Of a stretch of DNA of 64,000 bases, positions 36,974 through 44,002 are shown one piece after another (positions within the stretch are counted from its first letter, which is position 1; each line of letters opens with the position of its first letter). The stretch spans positions 3,956 to 67,955 of the forward strand of contig JAAYCJ010000133.1 of assembly GCA_012729815.1 (NCBI GenBank), written 5' to 3'. Under the pieces are notes generated by a model. The model ran no database searches, was not told where the DNA came from, and saw only the letters and a program-made list of their open reading frames with translations. Both the position numbers and the translations under genes were made by a program. The stretch comes from Phycisphaerae bacterium. GTDB lineage: Bacteria; Planctomycetota; Phycisphaerae; JAAYCJ01.

Positions 36974-37002
36974 TTGCATTCCGTTTCCGTTGGCATTAAT
37001 AC
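36974..37002 (+). promoter_or_regulatory. sigma70-like promoter candidate for hsp20 (TTGCAT-N17-TAATAC)
   Basis: TTGCAT lies at 36974-36979, followed by a 17-nt spacer and TAATAC at 36997-37002. A strong SD, AAGAGGAAGGAG (37009-37020), precedes ATG 37028. Confidence 0.35.
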
Positions 37003-37027
37003 ATATTTAAGAGGAAGGAGCAAGCCT

Positions 37028-37483
37028 ATGGGGTCGGGGGACAGCCGTGGGGACATCCGGATCGTTCACCGTCAGTGGTTTTCCGTCGGGCAAATCCCTT
37101 CGTACCGTCGCGCTGTGGATTCGCTGTTCGAGGAGTTGATCTACCAGGCGTGGGGACGGGCCGAGTGGGCGCCCGAAGTGGACGTGACGGAAACGCAGGA
37201 CGCCTTTGTTGTCGAAATCGATCTGCCCGGAGTGGACGAGGAGAGCATCGTCATCGCTGTGCGCGACGGGCGGCTCCTGGTCAAGGGGCGGCGCCCGCAC
37301 CGCGCCCAGGCGGCTGGGACATGCGTGCACGTCTGCGAACGGCCGGAGGGCCAGTTCGCCCGGACCTTCGAATTCCGCTTTCCCATCGATACCGGGGCCA
37401 TGGAGAAGAAATACGCCAACGGAGTCCTGACGCTGACGCTGCCGAAGCGCAGATACGATAAGGAGGAACGTCATGGGGGATGA
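37028..37483 (+). CDS. Hsp20/alpha-crystallin small heat-shock protein
   Basis: WAPEVDVTETQDAFVVEIDLPGVDEESIVIAVRDGRLLVKG ... ANGVLTLTLPK is a canonical alpha-crystallin domain. The 3' end overlaps the Lon-like gene start by 11 nt. Confidence 0.9.
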   Translation: MGSGDSRGDIRIVHRQWFSVGQIPSYRRAVDSLFEELIYQAWGRAEWAPEVDVTETQDAFVVEIDLPGVDEESIVIAVRDGRLLVKGRRPHRAQAAGTCVHVCERPEGQFARTFEFRFPIDTGAMEKKYANGVLTLTLPKRRYDKEERHGG

Positions 37484-40013
37484 TCGCGTATTGGTGGGGG
37501 AGTACACCCGAAGCGATTTGAAGGAGGCCGGTCCGCTCCGCGAACTGACCGCGGAAGAGACCGACGTGGACGTCGACGGCGGCGTGCTGGACTTTGACAC
37601 CACCGCCGACGTGGAGCCGCTCGACAGCGTCATCGGCCAGCCGCGGGCCATGGCTTCGCTGGACGTCGGGCTCGGAATCGACCAGCAGGGCTACAACATA
37701 TACGTTTCCGGCCTGACCGGCACGGGCAAGACTCAGACCATCCGCCGGAGCCTTCAGGACCGCCTCAAGGACAGCGAGGTGCCCTGCGACTGGGTCTACG
37801 TCAACAACTTCGACGAGCCCGACCGCCCGATCTCGATGTGCCTGCCGCCGGGCAAGGGGCGCCAGCTCAAGCGGGATATGGAGCGGCTCGTCGAACGCCT
37901 CCAGGAATCGCTGCCCAAGGCGTTTCGCCAGGAGGACTTCGGCCAGGAAAAGGAACGCTTGGGCGAGAAGTACCAGGCCCGATTCCAGCAGCAGATGGAG
38001 CGGCTCTCGTCGCTGGCCAGGGATCGCGGGTTCGAGTTGCGACCGGGGCCCCAGGGCCAGCTCTTCTTCATTCCGTTGATCGACGGCAAACTGCCCGAGA
38101 CCGAGGAGGAACTCCAGGGTCTGCCCGAAGCGGAACAGAAACGCATCCAGGAGGCCCAGAAGGAACTCAGCCGCGAGGCCGCCCGCATCATGGACGGCCA
38201 CCGGCACATGATGTCCGAACTCAGCGACGAGGTCCGCGAGGTCGAACGACGCTTTGGGGCCTACGTGGTCAAACCAATGGTCGAGGCCCTCAAAGACTCC
38301 TACCGCGACCGCCAGGAGGTCCTCGACTACCTCGACCGCGTCACCGAGCACGTGCTGGACGACCTCGGCGACTTCCGCGAGGCGGGCAGGCAGGGCGGCG
38401 GCCAACCCACCGGAATACCCGGTCTCATGTTGGGCCAGCCGCCGGAGCCCGACTTCGTCGAATACCAGGTCAACGTCATCGTCGATCACAGCCATTCCGA
38501 GACCGCACCGATCATCGTCGAGGAGGTGCCGACCTACCGCAACCTCTTCGGCACCGTTGACCGCTCCATCGACCGCACCGGACGCATGAGCACCAACTTC
38601 ACCCAGATCAAGGCCGGCGCTATGCTCAGGGCCAGCGGCGGGTACCTCGTGTTCAACCTTGAGGACGCCCTGACCGAGCCGTTTGTCTACAAGCAACTCA
38701 AACGCGCCCTCAAGAGCGGCGAGATCCAGTTTGAGCCGTACGAGCCCTGGTTTCCCTTCAGCACCGGCGGCCTGAGGCCCGAACCCATTCCGATCAAGAC
38801 CAAGGTCATCGTGCTCGGCTCGCCGCTGCTCTACTACATGCTGCGGTTCTACGACCAGGAATTTGCCACCATCTTCAAGGTGCGGGCGGACTTCGGCACC
38901 GAGATGCCCAGAGGCGATCGGGAACAGCACGACTACGCCCGCTTTGTCTCGCTGCTGACTCGTGAAGAAGGTCTCAAACCGTTCGATCGCGAAGCGGTCA
39001 GAGAGATCATACGTTTCGGCGCCCGCGCCGCTCAGCAGAAGGACAAGCTGTATACCCGCTTCTCCGAGGTCGCCGATCTGATCCGGGAGGCCAACTTCTT
39101 CGCGTCCCGCAACGGCAACGGCCGCGCCGTGCAGGCCCAGGATGTTCGCGACGCCCTCCAAAGCCGGATCTTCCGCTCCGACCGGATCGCCGAAAAGATC
39201 CGCGAACTGATCAACAACGGCACGCTGCTGATCGACACGTCCGACAGCAAGGTCGGGCAGGTCAATGGCCTGGCCGTCCTGAACTTCGGCGACTATGCCT
39301 TCGGCCGGCCCAGCCGCGTGACCGCCTCGCTGGGATTGGGCTCCGAGGGGGTCATCAACATTGAACGTGAGGCCAAGCTCTCCGGAAGCACCCACGACAA
39401 GGGCGTACTCATCCTGGCCGGTTACCTGCGCAATAAATACGGTGACGACAAGCCTTTAGCGCTTTCCGCCAGTATCACCTTCGAGCAGCACTACGGTGGG
39501 ATCGACGGCGACAGCGCCAGTTCGACCGAACTCTATGCCCTGCTTTCCGGGCTGGCTGGCGTGCCCCTGCGCCAGGACATCGCGGTCACCGGTTCGATCA
39601 ACCAGTGGGGCCAGATCCAGGCCATCGGCGGGGTCAACGAGAAGGTCGAGGGTTTCTTCGACGTCTGCCGCGAAGCCGGCCTGACCGGACGGCAGGGGGT
39701 CTGCATTCCCGCCAGCAACGTCAAGAACCTCCTGCTCCGCGACGACGTCCGTGAGGTGATCGGTTCGGGGCGATTCCACGTCTACCCGGTCGAGACCGTC
39801 GATCAGGGCATGGAGGTGCTCAGCGGCATCCGCGCCGGTTCGCCCGACGAGGAAGGGACGTTTCACTGGCTGGTGGACCACCGCCTGCGGACAATGGCTG
39901 AGGAGCTTCGCAGCTTTGGGCCGCCTCGGGAAGGGGCCCGGCTGATTACCGGACCTGTGGAGGCCCCGCCCGACATGCCGCCCCGGCTGCCGGACGACCA
40001 GCCGTCGCACTGA
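37473..40013 (+). CDS. Lon-related AAA+ protease (COG1067/LonB-LonC-like) with long helical insertion
   Basis: Walker A is VSGLTGTGKT. The C-terminal Lon proteolytic domain is GGIDGDSASSTELYALLSGLAGVPLRQDIAVTGSINQWGQIQAIGGVNEKVEGFF, carrying the Ser-Lys dyad. Confidence 0.85.
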   Translation: MGDDRVLVGEYTRSDLKEAGPLRELTAEETDVDVDGGVLDFDTTADVEPLDSVIGQPRAMASLDVGLGIDQQGYNIYVSGLTGTGKTQTIRRSLQDRLKDSEVPCDWVYVNNFDEPDRPISMCLPPGKGRQLKRDMERLVERLQESLPKAFRQEDFGQEKERLGEKYQARFQQQMERLSSLARDRGFELRPGPQGQLFFIPLIDGKLPETEEELQGLPEAEQKRIQEAQKELSREAARIMDGHRHMMSELSDEVREVERRFGAYVVKPMVEALKDSYRDRQEVLDYLDRVTEHVLDDLGDFREAGRQGGGQPTGIPGLMLGQPPEPDFVEYQVNVIVDHSHSETAPIIVEEVPTYRNLFGTVDRSIDRTGRMSTNFTQIKAGAMLRASGGYLVFNLEDALTEPFVYKQLKRALKSGEIQFEPYEPWFPFSTGGLRPEPIPIKTKVIVLGSPLLYYMLRFYDQEFATIFKVRADFGTEMPRGDREQHDYARFVSLLTREEGLKPFDREAVREIIRFGARAAQQKDKLYTRFSEVADLIREANFFASRNGNGRAVQAQDVRDALQSRIFRSDRIAEKIRELINNGTLLIDTSDSKVGQVNGLAVLNFGDYAFGRPSRVTASLGLGSEGVINIEREAKLSGSTHDKGVLILAGYLRNKYGDDKPLALSASITFEQHYGGIDGDSASSTELYALLSGLAGVPLRQDIAVTGSINQWGQIQAIGGVNEKVEGFFDVCREAGLTGRQGVCIPASNVKNLLLRDDVREVIGSGRFHVYPVETVDQGMEVLSGIRAGSPDEEGTFHWLVDHRLRTMAEELRSFGPPREGARLITGPVEAPPDMPPRLPDDQPSH

Positions 40014-40304
40014 CCGTCGCGGGGGCGTATCCCGGTGAGTTCCAAGGCGAATGGAACACGCGTCGTCCGCTCGAATGGTACGCGCCGACCCTCCCTCCGG
40101 GCAGCGTTTTCCCGCCTGGCGCTTCTATCCACTTGCGCCGCAGGAAGAACTGCCAAACCGGCCATCGGGCATTTCCCGCGTTCACCGGTCGGCAAACCCC
40201 GATGGCAATCCGCATATGTCCTATAGTCTTGTTGTTTCCGGACTTACACAACGGTCTGGGCGAAGGGGCCTAGCGACTCTCGAACGTCGGGAGCAACTTT
40301 TCTG

Positions 40305-40333
40305 TTGCAGAAAACAAAAACTTCCCGTACATT
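40305..40333 (+). promoter_or_regulatory. sigma70-like promoter candidate (TTGCAG-N17-TACATT) at head of long leader of the polysaccharide locus
   Basis: TTGCAG lies at 40305-40310, followed by a 17-nt A-rich spacer and TACATT at 40328-40333 (TAAAAT follows). It sits inside the most AT-rich patch of the 960-nt gap. Confidence 0.25.
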
Positions 40334-40973
40334 AAAATACTGTAGCCTACATTGCTAGGGGAACGGGCCGGGGACGCCAGAGCGACGAGCTGGATCGCGA
40401 GAGGTAGAGATAGCAACGTATCCGGTGGGGATGTGTGCGGTTCAACAGGGTCAACGATTGGAAGACCTAGGGCAACGATTTCAGGGATGATTGTGAGCGG
40501 TCCAGTGCATGGATACGGATGCGGGTCAAGAGGATGATTGACAGGTGAGACAACGTCTGAGAAGCATAGGTCATTCCCCTGGCGGCGTCGGATCATGGCT
40601 GCATGTCGGATCCGGCGCGATGGAACAGATCGCCGGAACAGTGCCCGCCACTCCTGCGGCGGGTGTAGCAGTCGCCCTTCCGGGCGTCGAGGGGGATTTC
40701 AACTGGCTGAATCAACCGCGTGAGGTCGTACAGGTGCGCTCGTCGAGGGTGCAGCGTCGTTCCGCGGCGGTTCGTCTGCTCGGAGCGATGGCTTTTTAAT
40801 GTTGCCGTTGCCGCTGCCCGACAGGCGGCGGAGGTCGGCCAGACGCACGGACTGATCGGACCGGCGAAACGGTTCCGAGCCGGTGTCGGTTGACAGATTG
40901 AATGAGGAGCGAACCTCGTCGGTGCACCGACGGGGACGGAGTTCGCGCGGACGGCTTTGCTGGATAGCCGGGA

Positions 40974-41522
40974 ATGTTGAAATTGTCGGAAAACCCGCCG
41001 CTCAAATCGCCGCAGGACCGGCCGATTGACGACTTCGCCGGTCACTGGTGGGTAGGCCACACCAAGGCGCGGTTCGAGAAGACTTTTGCCTGGGACTTAC
41101 TTGAGATGGGCGTAGCCTACTTCCTGCCCATGGTCGAGCGGGTCAAGATTTCGGGCGGGCGGAAGCGTCGGGTGCTGATGCCACTGTTTCCGTCCTACGT
41201 ATTCTTCTGCGGGGCCGATGAGGACCGCCACCGGGCTTTGCGGACCAACCGCCTGTGCCAGACCATCGATGTGGCCGATCAGCGGCGACTGGTGGCCGAG
41301 TTGTCGGCCGTCGAGCAGGCTCTGGCCGGCCAAGCCGAACTGGACCCATATCCGCACGCCGCGGTCGGCACGCGCTGCCGCGTGAAGGCGGGGGCATTCA
41401 AGGGGCTTGAGGGCGTGGTGGTCCAGAGGACCCATCGGGCACGCCTCGTTCTGGAAGTCAGTATGCTCGGCCAAGGCGCCGTCATGGAGATCGACGGCGA
41501 TCTGTTGGAGCCGATCGGATAG
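40974..41522 (+). CDS. NusG-paralogue transcription antiterminator (UpxY/RfaH-like)
   Basis: The NGN-like N domain is WWVGHTKARFEKTFAWDLLEMGVAYFLPMV...LFPSYVFF. The KOW motif is RCRVKAGAFKGLEGVVV. It is the first gene of a glycan locus. Confidence 0.8.
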   Translation: MLKLSENPPLKSPQDRPIDDFAGHWWVGHTKARFEKTFAWDLLEMGVAYFLPMVERVKISGGRKRRVLMPLFPSYVFFCGADEDRHRALRTNRLCQTIDVADQRRLVAELSAVEQALAGQAELDPYPHAAVGTRCRVKAGAFKGLEGVVVQRTHRARLVLEVSMLGQGAVMEIDGDLLEPIG

Positions 41523-41577
41523 GTAGCGTCGTTCTTTGGCGGTCGGCCAGTGAGGCCCGACGCCAGGGGGAGGGCAA

Positions 41578-43080
41578 GTGACAACGTACATTATGGTGTA
41601 TTTCGCCTCGGCCCTGCTGGCCCTGCTGGCCACTCCGGTGGTCATCCGCATCGGTCAGCGGATGGGAATCGTGGACGCTCCGAACGTGCGCAAGGTGCAT
41701 GCGGCGGTCACCCCCCGCATCGGCGGCGTGGCCATCGTCTTCGCCATGCTCACCACCACCGGCCTGATCCTGGCCCTGGACAACGGGGTGGGCGAAGCCG
41801 TCCGCGGCATCCGCACCCAACTGGTGGGTCTGATCGTCGCGAGTATTCTGATCTTTGTCTCCGGCTTGATCGACGACGTGCGAAACCTGCCCGCCCGGGC
41901 CAAGCTGGCGTTCCAGATCGGGGCGGCCCTGCTGGTCTGTGCCTTCGGCGTTCGCATTGAAGAGATCGACATTAGCCAGGACATGGTCGTTCATTTTGGA
42001 CTGCTCTCCTGGCCGATCACCGTGTTCTGGATCGTGGGGATCACCAACGCGGTGAACCTCATCGACGGCCTGGACGGGTTGGCCGCGGGCATCTCGGCCA
42101 TCGCCTGCGGCGTCATCGCCGTCTTCGCCTTCCACACCGGACAGGTCGTGATGGGCATCCTCATGATCGCCCTTCTCGGCAGCATCACCGGGTTTCTCTT
42201 CTTCAACTTCAATCCCGCCAAGGTGTTCATGGGCGATTGCGGCAGCCTCTTCCTGGGCTTCGTCCTGGCCACCACCAGTGTCATGTGCGTGAGCAAGACG
42301 GCGATGGTGGTCGGTCTGGCCCTGCCCATGCTGGCCCTGGGCATCCCAATCTTCGACACGCTGTTCAGCATGCTGCGGCGGATCCTGGAACGCCGATCGT
42401 GCTTCGCCCCCGATCGCGGGCACATCCATCACCGCCTGCTCGATATGGGCTTGGACCACCGCCACGCGGTGATCCTGATGTACGCGGTGACGGTGATCGC
42501 CGCCGGCCTGGGAGTGGCCATGATGGTGATCCGGGACGAGGGCATGATTGTCGTCTTTGCGGCGGTCGTGCTGTTCATGGCCCTGATCTTCCGCGTCGTC
42601 GGCGCGGTCGATTTCCGCGAGAGCTTCCTGATCCTGAGGAAGAACCTGGCGATCTCCCGCGACGCCAAGGAAGAGAAGCGCAGCTTCGAGCACGTCCAAT
42701 TGCGGATCCGCCAGGCCCGGACGTTCGACGAATGGTGGAAGGCGGCCTGCGCGGCGGCGGCGGAGATGGACTTTGTCTGGCTGGCCCTGAACGTGGTGAA
42801 TCGCGACGGCAAACTGCGGACGCTGGTCTGGCGGACCGGCGAGCGGGAGTTCGCCGTGCACGAGACGGTCAACATGAGCGTGCCCGTCCGTCACCGGCGC
42901 CAGGGCCCGCCGCTTCAGATCGAAGTGGCGGTTCGCATCAATGGTTCACTGGAGTCGGCGGGGCGCCGGGCGGCCCTGTTCGTGCGGCTGATCGACCAGC
43001 ACAACCTGGCCGTGCTGCCGCATGAAGCGGTGCGGGCGACGGTCCAGGCCAGGCCGCCGGTTCCGGTATCGGTCAATTGA
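41578..43080 (+). CDS. polyprenyl-phosphate HexNAc-1-phosphate transferase (WecA/TagO, MraY-like) with extra C-terminal domain
   Basis: GTG 41578 follows GGGGGAGGG. Diagnostic motifs are VRKVHAAVTPRIGG, SGLIDDVRNL and NAVNLIDGLDGLA. About 150 soluble residues follow the last TM segment. Confidence 0.85.
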   Translation: MTTYIMVYFASALLALLATPVVIRIGQRMGIVDAPNVRKVHAAVTPRIGGVAIVFAMLTTTGLILALDNGVGEAVRGIRTQLVGLIVASILIFVSGLIDDVRNLPARAKLAFQIGAALLVCAFGVRIEEIDISQDMVVHFGLLSWPITVFWIVGITNAVNLIDGLDGLAAGISAIACGVIAVFAFHTGQVVMGILMIALLGSITGFLFFNFNPAKVFMGDCGSLFLGFVLATTSVMCVSKTAMVVGLALPMLALGIPIFDTLFSMLRRILERRSCFAPDRGHIHHRLLDMGLDHRHAVILMYAVTVIAAGLGVAMMVIRDEGMIVVFAAVVLFMALIFRVVGAVDFRESFLILRKNLAISRDAKEEKRSFEHVQLRIRQARTFDEWWKAACAAAAEMDFVWLALNVVNRDGKLRTLVWRTGEREFAVHETVNMSVPVRHRRQGPPLQIEVAVRINGSLESAGRRAALFVRLIDQHNLAVLPHEAVRATVQARPPVPVSVN

Positions 43081-43103
43081 ACTCGTCAGATCAGTGGGGG
43101 GCT

Positions 43104-43880
43104 ATGATCATGACATCGGACAATCTGTTTCCATCACCTCTTAACATCCTCGGCGTCAACGTCACTCCTTTCGACTCCTACGCGCATGCCGCCTGGTGCG
43201 TCGAGCAGGCGATTCGGACCCGCCGGAAGCTCTTCTGCGTGGCGATCAACCCGGAGAAGATTTACCGCGCGCTTCACGATCCGAACCTGCTGGACCTTCT
43301 GGGGCGGGCGGACATGGGCATCTGCGACGGCGTCGGAATCGTCGCGGCGGCGCGTATCCTCGAAAATGCGCGACTGGCCCGGTGCACGGGAGTCGATCTG
43401 TTCATGACGCTGACCGCCGTGGCGGCCGAGAAGGGCTGGCGGGTGTTCCTGCTGGGGGCTTCGCCGGATTCCAACCGCAGCGCCTACGAGAAACTGCTCG
43501 AAAAGCACCCGACGATCCAGATCGCCGGCCGGCGCGACGGGTACTTCGAGAACTCCGACGAGGTGGTTGAGGAGATCAACGCGGCCCGTCCCGACCTGCT
43601 CTTTGTAGCCATGGGCTCGCCGAAGCAGGAGTACTGGATTCACCGGCACCGGGGGCAGTTGGAAGTCCCGTTCTGCATGGGCGTCGGCGGGACCTTTGAC
43701 GTACTCAGCGGCAAGGTCAAGCGGGCGCCCCGCTTCTTCCGCAAGACCGGCACCGAGTTCCTCTACCGGCTGATCCAGGAACCCAAACGCTGGCGCCGCC
43801 AGGTCCTGCTGCCCCTGTTCGCCCTGAGGGTGTTCCGGGCCAGGCTCCTGGGCGGGCGGTCGCGCGAAGTGCGGGCCTGA
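43104..43880 (+). CDS. WecB/TagA/CpsF-family glycosyltransferase
   Basis: Family blocks are LNILGVNVTPF, FCVAINPEKI, RCTGVDLF, RVFLLGASP and FVAMGSPKQEYWI. Confidence 0.85.
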   Translation: MIMTSDNLFPSPLNILGVNVTPFDSYAHAAWCVEQAIRTRRKLFCVAINPEKIYRALHDPNLLDLLGRADMGICDGVGIVAAARILENARLARCTGVDLFMTLTAVAAEKGWRVFLLGASPDSNRSAYEKLLEKHPTIQIAGRRDGYFENSDEVVEEINAARPDLLFVAMGSPKQEYWIHRHRGQLEVPFCMGVGGTFDVLSGKVKRAPRFFRKTGTEFLYRLIQEPKRWRRQVLLPLFALRVFRARLLGGRSREVRA

Positions 43881-44002
43881 TCGCCTCGGTGAGGCGCCTT
43901 GTAGCGCCGTCGCCGTCATGGTATGTTTTTGAGCAGGCGGCCGTCCGATCGCGACGGGATCGGATGGGTCGAGCCAGATCGTTTCCGAACGGAAAAACCG
44001 AG

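Noticed and set aside
40545-40799. 84-aa ORF (GTG start) and other 60-110-aa ORFs inside the 960-nt leader.
   Set aside because: They have no RBS, no recognisable motif and mutually overlapping frames on both strands, so they look like chance frames. Conservation in relatives would change this view.
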